In this document: positions 37,330 to 51,359 of the stretch, in pieces
Layout: every line of letters begins with the position of its first letter
Numbering within the stretch: the stretch's first letter is position 1
Source: Hypanus sabinus
Lineage: Eukaryota
Length of the DNA stretch: 63,794 nucleotides
Direction: 5' to 3'
Assembly: GCF_030144855.1 (NCBI RefSeq)
Contig: NC_082707.1
Location: 28,892,001 to 28,955,794 of the forward strand
Notes under the pieces: generated by a model
Told to the model about the DNA's origin: nothing
What the model saw: the letters and a program-made list of their open reading frames with translations, nothing else
Databases searched by the model: none
Program-made: the position numbers and the translations under genes

Positions 37330-39380
37330 ATTGAACCTGCGCCCACCACGTGCTGGCAGCTCATTCCACACTCGCACCACCCTGTAAGTGAAGATGTTCC
37401 CCATCATGTTCCCCTTAAACATTTAACCTTTCACCCTTAACCCATGGCCTCTAGTTCTAGTCTCTCACCAACCTCAGTGGAGAAAGCCTGCTTGTATTTA
37501 CCCTTTCTATACCTCTCATGATTTTGTTCACCTCTATCAAATCCACCCTCATTCTTCTACACTCTATGCAATAAGGTCCTAACTCATTCAACTCAGGTCC
37601 CCAGATCCTGGCTACATCCTTGTAAATTTCCTCTGCACTCTTTCAATCTCATTTACATCTTTCCTGTAGGTAGGTGCCCAGAGCTGCACATAATGCTGGA
37701 AATTAGGCCTCACCAAAGTCTTATACAATTTCAACATAAAATGTTGGACTCAACTCCAGTATTCAATACTTTAATTTATGAAGGCCAATGTACCAAAAGC
37801 TTCCTTTACGACCTTATCTGCCTGTGATGCCACTATGAATAAATTATGTATTTCTATTCCTAGATCCCTCTGTTCTACCGCACTCCTCGGTGCCCTACCG
37901 CTTACCATGCAAGTCCTATCCTGATTTGTCCTCTGAAAGTGCAACACTTCACACTTGTCTACATTAAGTTCCATCTGCCATTTTTCAGTCCATTTTTCCA
38001 GCTGGTCCTAATTCCACTGTGAGCTTGATAGTCTTTGCTGTCCACTACACTCTCAATCTTTCTGTAATCTGCAAATGTACATATTATCATCCAGGTCGTT
38101 AACATAGATAACAAACAGCAACAAAACTCTGTGCACTCCACTAGTCATAGGCCTCCAGTCATCTAACGCCAGCCTGGCTTCTCTTGCAAAGCTAATGTAC
38201 AATCCCATTTATTACTGTACCTCATCTTGAATACCAAGCGAATGCACTTTCTTGACCAACCTCCCATGCGGGAATTTGTCAAAGTCCTTGCTAACATCCA
38301 GGTAGACAAAATCCACTGCATTGCCTTCATCAGCTTTCCTATTATTTTTCTCAAAAAACCTGGTTAGACATGGCCTACCACATTCAGAGCCATTTTGATT
38401 ATCCCTAATCAGTCCTTGTCTATCCAAATACCACTCCCTTAGAATACCTTCCAATAACTTACCCATTACAGAGGTCAGGCTCACTGGCCTGTAATCTCCT
38501 GGTTTATTCTTAGTGCCTTTCTTGAACAGAACAACATTAGCTCACTTCTAGTACCTCACCCGTACCTAGGAACATTTTAAATATCTCTGCTAGGGGCTCT
38601 TGCAAATTCTGCACCAGCCTCCCACAGGGTCCAAAGGAATATATTGTCAGGCTTTGGGGATTTATCTACCCTAATTTGCATCAAGACAGTAAGTATCTCC
38701 TCGTCTGTAATCTGTATAGGGTCCTTGACCTTAATGCTGTTTTGCCTCACTTCAGTCTCCCATTTAAATACAGATGTAAAATATCCATTTAAGATCTCCC
38801 CCATCTCTTTCGGCTCCACACATAATTACTACTCTGTTCTATCCAGTGGACCGGTGCTATCTTGACTCTTGCTATTGTTTGCTCTTACCTGTAGAAGCCC
38901 TTAGGATTCTCCTCCCCCTTGTCTGCTAGAGCAACTTTGTGCCGCCTTTTAGCCCCCCCCCCTATTTTTTTGCATTTGTTCGTTTCTGCCGAAACCTGCT
39001 ATACAGATATTGAGAGATATCGAGTTCCTGGTTTCTTAACCACAGTTCCCTGTTATCCTTGCCCTTTATTCTGATAGGAACATACAAACTCTGTACTTTT
39101 AAAATTTCACTGGAAATCCTCACACTTGCCTCTGCCGGCCCCAATCTACACTTGCATATCCTTTCTGATACCACCAAAACTGGCCTTTTGCCAATTTAGA
39201 ATCTCAACCCTTATTCCAGCCCTATCCCTCTCCATATTTATGTTGAAACTAATGGCATTATAATCATTAGACACCAAGTGTTCCCCGATACAATCTTCTG
39301 TCACCTGCCCTGTCTCATTCCATTATAATAGATCTAGTTTTGCACTCTCTCCACTTGGGATCTCTATATACTGGATGGTT
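37330..39380 (-). mobile_element. CR1-clade LINE ORF2 relic
   Basis: EILNGYFTSVF, DKSPKPD, SLTSVMGKLLE, YLDVSKDFDKFPH, FADYRKI, LNVDKCEVLHF, RDLG; many stops and frameshifts. Confidence 0.9.
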
Positions 39381-41503
39381 CTGGAGCATTATGCTCAAAT
39401 ATATGCCTTCTGTGCTTATGATTCTGTGAAATCACCAAAAAAATAGTGTCCCCAGCTACACCCGACCAGGCTCAGAATATGGTTCCTACAATTATCTTAT
39501 CAGCCACACCAGAACTCTCAAAACCACAAATTGAAGCAACTCTTCTTTGATCCCAAGGGAAGGCCAAAGAAGGTGACATAAATATGTTGTTATCAATTGC
39601 GGAAGTCCTTTGCTAAGATTTCTTAGCCAAATCTGATTAGTATGGTTTAGTACACTGGCAGCATAACCAAGGTGCTGTGTTTTGTCCAGTGTTGTCTGAT
39701 CACTTGGCCATTAGTTGCAAATAGCCAATTGGGAATCTAGTTATAGCTACCTGTAGTTTTCATTTGCAAGTAATGATTCAGAAAAGGGTTCTATCAATAA
39801 ATCTGCGATCTGAGTATTCGTTTGCATAGGGTTTTCATGCATAATTTATTATTTCTCAGATTTAGATTTATTTATCACATGTACATGGAAACCTAAGGTG
39901 AAATGCGTTGCTTGCATTAACCAACAGGATGTTTAGGGGGGCAGCCCACAAGGGTTGCCACACATTCTGTCACCGACATAGCATTCCCATGATGTTTGTG
40001 GAACAACACAGAACGCAAGAGGCAACAAAAAACAGCAACAAAACAAGCCTCTTTCTCCTCTCCTGTCACTCATCCACTCACCCAAATGGACAGTCGTCCA
40101 GCCTTCAGGCTTCGGCCGTTGGTCTTTGACTTGCAGATTTCCGATCGACCTTCAGGTAATGACACCAGGACTAGCTGATGGACGACCCTGAATTCTGGGT
40201 GAACTGACTGACCGGCCCTTGTGCCCCCTGCTCGCCCCCTGCTGATTCCAGGATCCATCGACCTGGGGCAGCCCGAAATCCATAGGTGTCCTTTGTCGCT
40301 CATCCACGTTGCTGGCCTTCAAGTGTAGACTGGAGGTCTGACCTCTGACTCACCCTCATCTTTGTCCCCAAACCCAAACCTGATCCGTAGCTCTCCTCTC
40401 TGTCCCTAAAACTGTTTCAATAAAGCTAAAAAAAAAACTATATCTGAGCCATGATCTCAATGGAGACCACAGGTTGCCGCCATCTTGACCTGAAGTTTTT
40501 GTAAAGGTGTCACAGCATGAATGTTTTATGATTGATGCGTGTGTTGGGTGTTTGTGGAACTACAAAGTACAGAAATCTGTTTAATGCGATTGCATGCGGG
40601 GTAGTTTTTCTCGATAAGTTGCATTTAACTAGTCAGCAATTTTTTTATAGGCCAGTACTGCCTCCCTTTAACTGTGAGCACCAGATATGATTAATCATTG
40701 CAAACTGAAAAACAATGGAAAGTATGCAGTCGATCTGAGAGCCAGTTGAAAACTGCAGTGCATCCAAAGTTTGAATGAGTGCTTTATCAAGGGAGCACTT
40801 GTATTGCTATCAGCTCAATCATAGAAGTCAGGAAATTCTTGCACTTTCCGCCAAGTTTGGAGTTTGTCCCACTTTGAAAAAACATGCCTGTTGAGTTTTA
40901 CTTTCTCACTTTCCTAATTCAGAGGCTCAGTGGGAGATTTTTCTGACATCATTTGAACCAGAGGCCTCAATGTTAATATACTTTAATAAATGAAATACCT
41001 GTTAAACACCTTCTATTAATATAAGTGATGGTGCCAAAGTAGGGAGTGTTCTGGAGTTATGTGAATATGGGCAGATATTAATTCAAACAAGAACCAAGTT
41101 TCAACTCCTATTGTAAATGGAAGTAAGTTCAGGAAGCTTCCAGTCAGCCATCAGTTGATTTAGTGATTGCAAGAAGTACATTGAAGGTTAAAGCACAAGT
41201 TGTTCCACAGACTGAGAGATTGCATATGCATGTGTTAAGTATTAAAACAATGGGATTGTGTTCATTGGTTTGCACCAAACTAGGCAACATGGTTAAGGTA
41301 TTTGCACCATTGTGATTTGAGTGCAAGCTGGTAGACCGGACAGATGTTGTCACTTAGCATATCAAACATGGTCACAGGTATAGGCAACCAATAGTTTTTG
41401 TCTACTTACGATATTTGAGTATTCAGAGACAGTCCTGACAGCATTGATTTTGGGTGTCTGGGATTGCTGCCCACAGAAGCTTTTAGACTACTTGTGTGAA
41501 TTA

Positions 41504-41776
41504 TTTTGTGACAAAGATGTTTGATCATTCAGAGGTGTCTGTCACTGTAGATATGTAATTCAAAGGAAGCATTATCAACCCAAAATCTCGAATGAAACAA
41601 TGTCATCATGATTATTGAAATTGTTTTGTGTCAGCTCTTGTTACCTTTGATTTTAAGCATGTGAAATGGGATGTACCTTTAGGTATGTGAGCCTCTCCTG
41701 AGAGTGCCTCCAGAATGATGCCAGAATAAAGGTTTCTATATCACTGGCTGTCCAGTGACTTGAATCAGTCACAACA
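41504..41776 (+). mobile_element. Putative 5' LTR of an endogenous retrovirus
   Basis: Terminal inverted repeat ttttgtgac...gtcacaaca (8/9 match), AATAAA at 41725-41730, ends in CA two bases before the PBS. Confidence 0.6.
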
Positions 41777-41778
41777 TT

Positions 41779-41796
41779 TGGGGGCTCGTTCGGGAT
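41779..41796 (+). other. Retroviral primer-binding site for tRNA-Pro
   Basis: TGGGGGCTCGTTCGGGAT is 17/18 identical to the MLV-type PBS-Pro TGGGGGCTCGTCCGGGAT. Confidence 0.85.
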
Positions 41797-44480
41797 ATGT
41801 TTAGTCTGGCCGGTGACTCAAGCAGTCTAAGGGAGTGAGTATTGTCATGGGTACACACATGCTTCAATCTGTTTAGGTCAGCGGCCATGAGGTCACGAAG
41901 TATCAACGAACACCATGGAGAGCTGAGCTTGTAGATTATAGAAGTGTGCGTATGTATGTTTACATCAGGGTCCAGCTGTCAGATGGGTAGTTTAGGTTGC
42001 CCGGTGAAACAGAGCTACCAGTTGTGAAACATGGTTACTGATTGTTTTGGAAGATGGGGGAGGGGGGTGTATACTTGTTCAGAGAAACTGTACAGTGGCC
42101 TACTTTGAGTGAGAGTGTTTATGTGTTTTAGAATAAGTTTGAAAACTTGGTACAAGAATTTTAAATGCAAGGGAAATACAACAGGTTTTGAGTTCAGTGG
42201 TACACAAAGAGAATATTTCAGTGTATGTACTCCGGTTTTAAGAAAGTGCTGTTTAATTTTTATTCATCCCTTACATTTTGCATAACATGGGAATTAGTAT
42301 GGAAATATTTGAGGGAGAGGTTATACCCAGATGTATCTGGGATGGCACCTATTGAGGTCCCACAATGACAGGTCGGAAATCCTAACGACCTTGACTCTGA
42401 TTATCACCATTTGTAAGCCCTTCACCACCAGGGAGAAGCCAGGCCTTTTGTCTGAGCTGCCCTCACTTAACGTCGCTGATGGGAATTCAGAATTTTGGCG
42501 CAAGCCTGATGAAATGATTGAAATTCACCGGAAGCCCCCAAAAGGTATTCGCGTATTGTTAAAAACAAAACGCCCAAGGAATATGTTAGACTGATGGCAC
42601 ATGAACAACTCTGAGAATGCCAGTACCGAGGACCAGAATCGCTCCTTTCAGGTGAAAGTGAGGCAGAGACTGGGGTGAGGTGGAGTAACTGGGAAATGAT
42701 AAGGTCAGTGGTTCAGAGAGCTGATGAAACAGCCATGGATTCTGCAGAGCGTACATATCGAGCCTGTGAAGAGTTCTCAGGGTTGGACAACCCAGGGAGG
42801 GATGATCCAGCCTTCCTGAAAATGCTGAAGGAAAGCCTGAGCTCAGCTCACTGGGAAGTTTTAGATTTGGGGATAGCAGTGGGATCAGTCTACCCGGTGA
42901 TAGTATCATGGTCCGGGGAGATAGACCAGAGGAGGGGGAAGAGAAGTGGTCAGCTGCCTGTAGTGGATGTAGCTGCCGTGAAGACACGAAGGAATAGCAA
43001 GAGAGGTAGCAGAAAGGACAGAGAAGAGTAAAGGAGGTGATGTGTTACAGTTGTGGCCTATCTGACCATGGTAGGAAGTGGTGCCGTAAAAAAGGGATGG
43101 AGGTGTGAGGGTCACCCACCAGGACAAGCAGAAATGGCTCTATCTGATTTGACTGCTGACCTGATCATGGAGCTGGTGAGGACAGCATCCAAGTCAGACA
43201 AACGGTTAGTGGCAGCCTCTTTTTCCAATAGTGGTCACCCACAGATGCACACCAAGGGTTTATTAGGGAACCAGCAATGCAATATATTAGTAAGCACGTG
43301 GTCGTCAGTATCAATAACTGATCTACCTTTACCCTTCCCTTTGCATATTACCAGCGCAGGAGATGAAACACTGAGGGCGGAGGGAAGTCACCCTCAGCTA
43401 CTTGAGTTTGAGGAAGTGCAGCTTCCTGAAGATGTTTGGGTGTGCCCAAACAATGAAGTACAAAGCAACAATCACAAGATGCTGGAGGAGCTCAGCAGGC
43501 CAGGCAGCATCTATGGAAAAGGGTGCAACTGACGTTTCGGGCCGAGATGGTTGACTGTACTCTTTCCCATAGATGCTGCCTGGCCTACTGAGTTCCTCCA
43601 GCATTTTGTGTGCATTGCTTGGATTTCCAGCATCTACAGAATCTCCTTTGTTAATGAAAGGTGCTATCCTGGGAATTGACACACTAAATAAAGCGGGTGT
43701 TGTTATAGACTCAGGAAAGGGAGAAATAACATGGGCAAGACTAGAGACAGGGAACATGTGTGACCCAAGCAGGGAGAGGAATCAGGGCACTGTGCAGGGA
43801 TCGTGTCAGGAGATCCCGGGGGAACTGTCAGGAGCTGTTAGAAGTAATGCTGCTGTCTGCAGAGGCAGCAGTGATTGAAGTGAAGGGGCATGAGGAAAGG
43901 AGGAGACAGGGAATGAATGTACAGGTCACGGTGTAGAAGAAAATGAGACGACAGAAATTGGAAGAACCCACTGGGGCAAATTTATTGAGGTATTACAGGA
44001 GTTTGAAGGACCACTGTAACGAGGTTAACACTTTGAGGGCCCAAGCAAAACAGCTGATCAGAGAGAGCTCAAGAGAGAGGGCTTTTTTTAAGCCACAGGG
44101 TGGTGAATCTATGGAATTTGTTGCCATGGGTGGCAGTGGAGGCCAAGTCATTGGGTGTATTTAAGGCAGAGATTGATAGGTATCTGAGTAGTCAGGGCAT
44201 CAAAGGTTATGGTGAGAAGGCGGGAGAATGGGACTAAGGAGAGATTCGATCAGCTCATGATGAAATGGAGAAGCAGACTCAATGGGCCGAATGACTTCTG
44301 CTCCTTTGTCTTATAGTCTTATGGATGGTTCTCCCACGGCCAGGTGACCAAGGAAAAGGCAGGGTTCACTCCCAGGTGGGTAGGACCACAGGTGGTGCTA
44401 TTGACAAATGACACCTGTATTTGTGTACAGACCCAGTGATGCAGCTGGTGGAAACACTGGACTCGGGTTAAACTGCATGA
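41797..44480 (+). mobile_element. Decayed, internally deleted class-I (gamma/epsilon-like) ERV: gag, pro and integrase C-terminus
   Basis: MHR-like QRADETAMDSAER (42714-42752); CCHC knuckle CYSCGLSDHGRKWC (43043-43084); protease ILVSTWSSVS (decayed DTG) and AILGIDTL; integrase tail FTPRWVGPQVVLLT...WKHWTRVK (44365-44472). Confidence 0.82.
44080..44325 (+). mobile_element. CR1-like 3' end inserted in the ERV
   Basis: gtggtgaatctatggaatttgttgcc...gagcagactcaatgggccgaatg-like sequence with a (cttatgg)-type tail. Confidence 0.75.
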
Positions 44481-46433
44481 CTCACCTTCATGTTGCTCTC
44501 CCAGACAGAGCAAGGGATACAGGCCACCCATTAACAATGGTCAACACCAGGCTGCTGTGTCTCATCTGACCACATCCGACAGAAGTAGATGAAAGAGAAC
44601 GGAATCGCGAACGCTGAGGACACAAAGAGCGTGACAGCAAGCCATGAATAGCGCATTAAATGTGACAGTAACGGTACTCTGTAAGGAAGGCCAAAAATGA
44701 GATTTGACTTAAAGACTAGGTTGCAAACAGATACCAGATCTTGTAATTTCTGTGATCTTGTAGACTTGCTTTGAAAAGACATGACAGGAAAAGTCATTGG
44801 AGGTGGTTCAGCATGGACTAGATGGGCCAAAGGGCCTGTTTCTGTGCTATACTGTACTATGACTATGACTGTCCCAAGGAAATACACCCCAGCGAGACTT
44901 CACATTTAAGAGTGTCTTCAGAACATTTTTCCACCACTTCATTTTACTCAACTTGTGGCTAAGATGTGTGTATGTTATACAAGGCAGCTAGTCCAAAATG
45001 TATGAAGAAAAGTGTTAACAGTTTCATGGGAAACTGAATGCCTGATTTAGAAGATACATTTCTCCATCTTGTTCCCAGTACAAGCACGATGAGCTGAATG
45101 GTTTTCTCCATTCTTCCTTTCTAAATAGCTGTGGAGTACGGCGGGCCAGGGCAGGAAATAAACATTGGTATTTTGCAGGTGTACAAAGAGGAGGTAGTTT
45201 TGGGCAGGGTTGAAAGTAACTCATCAGTACTGTTGTGTAAGTGTTTTAACTGTGCTCTATTGCAAGCTTAGCATTGGCCTCTTCCTCCACGATGTGCCAT
45301 ATTGGCTCACTTTCGACTCTGGTTTGGCAGTGACTGGGAGGAAGATGTAGATGGTGAGCTTGTGGTACTGGCTTGATGCTGTCAGTGTTGCAGGGGGCGG
45401 CTGACATCAGTCTGGAAATTGCTTTCGTTACATAGCTCTTGAGAAACAGATTGTGAATTTGCATACCACTGGTGTCTATGGTATGTGTGCTGGGGTTCAG
45501 TGCAGTGACGATGCATGGTTCGGTGAAGGAAAATCTTGGTGGACTTTGCTTGCTTTTGTTTACAGTGTAAGATTTTAAGGTGGGGTTTTTTTTTAAACGG
45601 GAAAAAGTACATGCTTTAAATTCCCTAGTTCTAACAGCTCTCCTGTGTCAAACATCTGATGACTAATACATTGATTGAGGGAAGAAGAGGGAAGTCCTTA
45701 AGGTAGGCTGGCTAATGATCGATGTTTTTTATCCCAAGTGCAAGTTTGGTCATTTGTTTTTATGGAATACATATGTTATATCAAAATATTTAAGCATTTT
45801 GTCATGTTGGTGTTAAAGTTAATATTCTCCCAATGTGGCCTATTACAAAGTAAATTTTCTTCCTCTCAGGTCAGCTTCAATCATTTAATACTGGGCATGG
45901 GCCACAGCAAAGAAAACACCTATAATGTGATAAAAACTAACATCATTTTCATGCTGAGAGGTGCGACAGCTCATTTAGCCTGTTAGAAGAGGAAAAGTCA
46001 GCTGGAGCAGTATGGTTTGATGTTTTAAGGAAGGGGTACCAAAACTTTTTTATGGCATGGACCATTACAATTAAGCAAGGGCCCATGGACCCCAGGTTAT
46101 GAACCCCTGTTGTAGAGTTAAGGTTGCAGCTTATTGACAGAATGAACAAAGCTGTCCCATTGACAGTTCTTTAAAAATATTCATTAGAACAATTAATTAC
46201 ATTACTGCAATATTACACGCTTTCAAGCTTGTTTTGTAGCATGATACTGCTTACACAATCTTGACTAGTTCTTGTACAATTTCCCGAGTGACTGAACAGC
46301 ACCCAGGCGGATAATAAACAGGTAAACATTAGAAATGGATAGATAATTTTAAAAAATCACTTTGAAGGGACATTTTCCCAGGAAAAAGGTAGGCTTCGAT
46401 GTAGATCAACCTGAATGCCTCCTTGGCACCTGG

Positions 46434-47672
46434 AGATTAGATTAGATTCAACTTTATTGTCATTGTGCCGAGCCAAATGAAATGTAGTTAGCGTCTAACC
46501 AGAAATGCAAAGAATAGTGTTATTTACAAAATAACTGCGAATAAAAAGTAAGTGCTACAGCACACAAATATAAAAGTACTGAGACAGTACAATATGGGTG
46601 TAGTACTGCTTAGCGCTGGGATGTGAGGTTCAGCAGGGTCACAGCCTCAGGGAAGAAGCTCTTCCTGTGCCTCCTGTAGTGTCTACCAGATGGGAGGAAA
46701 GTCAAAAGTCCATGGTTAGGGTGAGATGCATCCTTGATAATGCTTTTCGCCCTGCCCAGGCAACGTTTATGGTAGATGTTCTCAATAATGGGCACTTGGG
46801 TGCCGATAATCCGCTGGGCGGTTTTCACCACCTGCTGGAGTGCTCTGCGGTCCGATACGGGACAATTGCCATACCACACAGAGATGCAGTTGGTGAGTAT
46901 GCTCTCAATGGTACAGAGGTAAAAGTCCGTCAGTATCCTGGGACAGAGGTGAGTTTTCTTGATGCTCCACAGGAATTAAAGGTGCTGTTGCACCTTTTTG
47001 ATTGGGATGAAGGAGTTCAGGGACCAGGTGAGATCAACGGAAATGTGGACACCAAGGAATTTAAAGCTTGATAGACGCTCCACTACAGCTCCGTTGATGT
47101 AGATGGGGACGTGAGTGTGGCTCCCAGCATGCCTGAAGTCCACAATGATCTCCTTGGTCTTCTGGGTATTAAGGCCCAGGTTGTTGTTGGCACACCACGC
47201 GGCCAGGTGCTGGACCTCATCCCTGTAGGCCGTCTCGTCATCCTCTCTGATCACGCCAACCACCATGGTGTTATCTGCGAACTTGATTATGGAGTTAGAA
47301 TCATGTACAGGAACACAGTCATAGGTGAAAAGGGAGTACAGAAGAGGGCTCAGCACACAGCCTTGAGGCACGCCGGTGTTCAGGGTGAGAGTGGAGGAGG
47401 AGAGGTTGTCTAACTTAACAGATTAGGGTCTGTTAGTCAGAAAGTCCAAGGTCCAATTGCAGAGGGATGAGCTGATACCAAGCTGGCGAAGTCTGGCGAT
47501 CAGCGATCAGTATTGAATGCCGAACTAAAGTCAATGAACAGCATTCTGATGTAAGAGTTGGGTCTGCCCAGGTGGGTCAGGGCAGAGTGAAGTGCCGTGG
47601 AGATGGCATCCTCTGTTGACCTGTTGGTGTGAAAGGCAAATTGATGGGGGTCCGGGGTAGTGGGCAGACAGG
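46434..47672 (-). mobile_element. Rex1/Babar LINE RT fragment with (AATCT)n tail
   Basis: PQGCVLSPLLYSLFTYDC...KFADNT...KTKEIIVDFR...FKFLGVHI; WYGNC...RRALQQVVKTAQRIIG. Confidence 0.9.
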
Positions 47673-50600
47673 ATTAGTGACTGTCCAGATTAGGAAATGT
47701 AAGTCCTCCTTGATGTCTTGCTCACGCTAATGTTTAATGTGGGGAAGAAAAAGTTAAAGTTTTATGCGCCACTGAATTTAGAATTTATGGACTTGGTAAA
47801 GATATTTTGTTTGGAAATCCAAAATTCTGCAGATATCAAAAAAACTACGTTATTTTCATATTTAAAGATTGGTAATAGTAAGTGTATACTACCAATGATT
47901 TCATTTCTGTTTCTCCAAGCATTCATGCATTCATTTTCCTTGTGCCAAATGCTGCATTTTCTTTTTTTTATGCTAAAAATTACTTTTGGGGGAGTACTTT
48001 TAAGGAGCAGTGGAGAACAGCCAGTTGTCTCTATCTGTCAAGGGGAGTAGTGTATTCTGTAATCACTAGCAACTGTTGTGGTGGAATGCGAGTTGGACAG
48101 TGAGAGTCTAAATGTTTTTAAAGAAAGGAAATTCTTGTTGTGAATAAAGCTGTGCTGAGATCATTGGAAACGGATATGGACGTTCTTTGTTCAGCAGTGG
48201 AACTGAAGCAGGGGCTCTGGTTTAATGAGCGGTGACAACAGGTGGCATGCCTGCTGCTGAACACTGGAGAGCAGAGGTAACGGACACAAGAGCTTCCATG
48301 CTCCCGTTCTGTACTGCTTGTTGAGATGTGATCTGCCTTTCTATCTCAACTGTCTTTTGAAACATCAAGTGTGCTGATACAGATGTTTTCGAACAGGCAG
48401 CACTTCCTCTAAACGCACTCTGTAAGAAACTCTCTGTTTCTGAGCACTTGTATTGCTTCAGCAGGTTTTCACTCCAGAATAACTTACTATAAGTCACTTT
48501 GTCAATGAGTAATATGGTATTTATTAGTGCTCACGTCCAAGCCCGAAGAATGAATTTTATCGCATTTACTCTGTCAGGGGAATGGGGTTCAGGTGGGGGG
48601 GTAGGGAGTAAAGCAGCCATGATTGAATAGTGGAGCAACTTGATGGGCCAAATGGCCTTACCCTGCTCCTCTGCCTTGTGGTCTTGTGTGTTGGGGAATG
48701 AACAATAATGCGGAGAGCTTGTTTCAGGGATGGGGTTGAAAAGTGATGAAAAGTTCCTTTAAAATGCAAAGCGCCTTATTTCCCCCATCACATCAATGAA
48801 TCATTTTGCACGCATTCTCCTAGTTTTTTTTATTGGCAGCCAACTTTCTACCCATCTATGGTGTTCAGGGACTTGTCATTGGGGTGTAGCCAAGGAAGCA
48901 CGAGTGAATGTCTTTTGATCTGTTCAAGATCCTAATTAAAAAATGATCTTTTTTTCAGTGGTTTGTACCTTTCTAACACCTGCTGCTGTGCCCAACATAT
49001 TTGTACAATAAATGGTTGCTGCTGTTTACCATTTAGGCTTAATAATACAAAGTACAATAGTGTGGGTACTGGAAAAGTAAAACTTATAACATCTGTTTTT
49101 ATTGGGACTCAGACATGGTACAGATGATAGTGCTGCTTTATATAACATCAGTATTGTTTTTTTAAATAAAACAATGGAACAAAGAGAATTATATTTATCT
49201 TTCACAGTTTAAAGTAGGATTCAAAAATAAACTAAATGTGATTACTGGCTAAAGTTAGGCTTCTGTTGAAACTCTTTTAAAGGAAAGCATGGAATAAGAG
49301 TGTCAATTGCAGATGTTTGCAAGCTTTCTGTCATTGTGAAAGGATGTCATTGGGGGTACAGTACTAGTCCAGTAGATTTCCTTTGTGCTCAGCAGTGAGA
49401 TCTCGGCACCCCCTGTAGATTTTCAGCCCGGTAATTCTAATCGGCTTTTTGTTGGACTGCTTTCTGTACAGCAAATGTCACGTTAAAGACTGCTGATGTA
49501 AACTAATAATGTGACCTTGTATTAGAATCATTGATTTGTAAATCAACATTCACTGTTGAACCCACTCCCTGCACAAGGCCAGATCTCATATTCCAGCTTC
49601 ATTGACCATCTGCTCATTTTTCCCCCCTCTCTTTTGGATTCGGGAAAGATAATGGCAGATGGTGAGGTCAGAAAGTTCACGTTCCTTGGTTACACAGTGT
49701 GCGCTGTTCGGTAAAAATGGGTGTTGATTGTCTATCGCTCCCAGCATCTCGTGAGGTTATGAGAATAGCCATAATTCTGGGGCTGTCTGCTGTAGATCAA
49801 ATCTTCCGGGTCAGTGGTAATAACTCATTTTATTTGCTAATAGCTCATCGTAATAAGAACAAAAGCACTGTGAATGAATACATGGCGTTTGTGCACTCAA
49901 CATTGAATAATGCCCAGTACAGTATCATTTAACATGAGCTTTGTTTTCTGTGTGAAGTTCGACGTACTGCAGAGCAGCACAGCAAAATGTATTATACATT
50001 AAGCTTCAGGACCATGTCTGTGGCTTGATTATTAATGTTCTGAGGCTGAGATTGATAGAAACAAATTAATCTCCAATTTGTTGTTACATTCATTAATGAG
50101 GGTTTTGTATTTGGTTTCGGACCACCACCTCTCTCTCTTTGTCAGCCACCATCCCTCCAGTCACCTCCCCCTCCCCCAAAGCAAAGGCAGCAACTCAACT
50201 ACTGTAGAGGTTAGCACAACGCTTTACAGTACCAGTGACCCAGGTTCAATTCCCGCCACTGTCTGTAAGGAGTTTGTACACTTCCCCTGTGACCGTGTGA
50301 GTTTCCTCTGGGTGCTCCAGTTTCTTCCCAAAGTCCAGAGATCTACCGATCGGTAGGTTAATTGGCCATTACAAATTTTCCAGTCATTGGGCTAGGGTTA
50401 AATCAGGGGTTCCTGGGCAGCATGTCTTAAAGGGCTGGAAGGGCCTACTCCATGCTTTATCTCAATAAATAAATAAATAAACACGTTTACAGTCTCTCCT
50501 GGTGGTCGACAGTAAACTTGCTTTCAGTAGCTTTTATTTTTGGTAGGACTCTAAACACTAATGGATTAGTATATGAAATCTAAAATTCAAACAGATGCAC

Positions 50601-51359
50601 TAATTAACAGATAAACCTAACTAATTAGGGGTAATTACTGAATGTTTTAAACAATTTTATAAATTTTAGAGATATTTGCTGTGGAAATATTTCATGTATT
50701 GATAAATTACAATTGGTCACAGATTACATGGAATATGAGCTACGGTGCACAAAGGAATAATGGTACTATTGCATTTAAAGATAATTTCTTCTGTCTTTCT
50801 ACCATTTTTCTGAAGCCCCAGATATGCAAAGTTCTGACAATTTCTATTGTATTGAAAATTGGAGCCAAATCAAGGTTGTTAGGAAAGGAATTTGCATGAT
50901 ATTCTACAAATTGAATGAGTGGGTTGTCCAAGTACATAAATGTTTCAGGAAATGGATTCAAGATAAATATGATGCAGGTATTCATATTTGCAGTCCACAC
51001 CAATCATTGCTACGTACAAAGGAATCCTGTTTTACTACTGAGGCGATACTGAAACCAGATCCTGCCATGTTCTGACATGCTGATTTCCCTCAGTAACCAG
51101 AACAGCACTTTCTGTGTGGTCTGGAGCTTCAATGCAGAGAGATCCTTTCAGGCCAGTTCAGGAACTATCTTTCAAGCTAGTCTGAAATACATTCTTGTGT
51201 AAAGCAAATGCTAAGTACTATGGTACCCAAAGAAAACAGTCAAGAGACACAGCATGGAGATCAAATCCCAATTCCAATTGAAAGGTGTGTGTGCAGAGAA
51301 AGATAATGGAGATGCGTGTGTCGTTGCTGCTCTTCAACTTCATGAATGCCATCATCTTC

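Noticed and set aside
44764-44800. Possible TFDP2 start exon (tag|acttgc...ATG ACA GGA AAA)
   Set aside because: Only weakly resembles human MTAKN, has no good donor, and sits between ERV and CR1 fragments.
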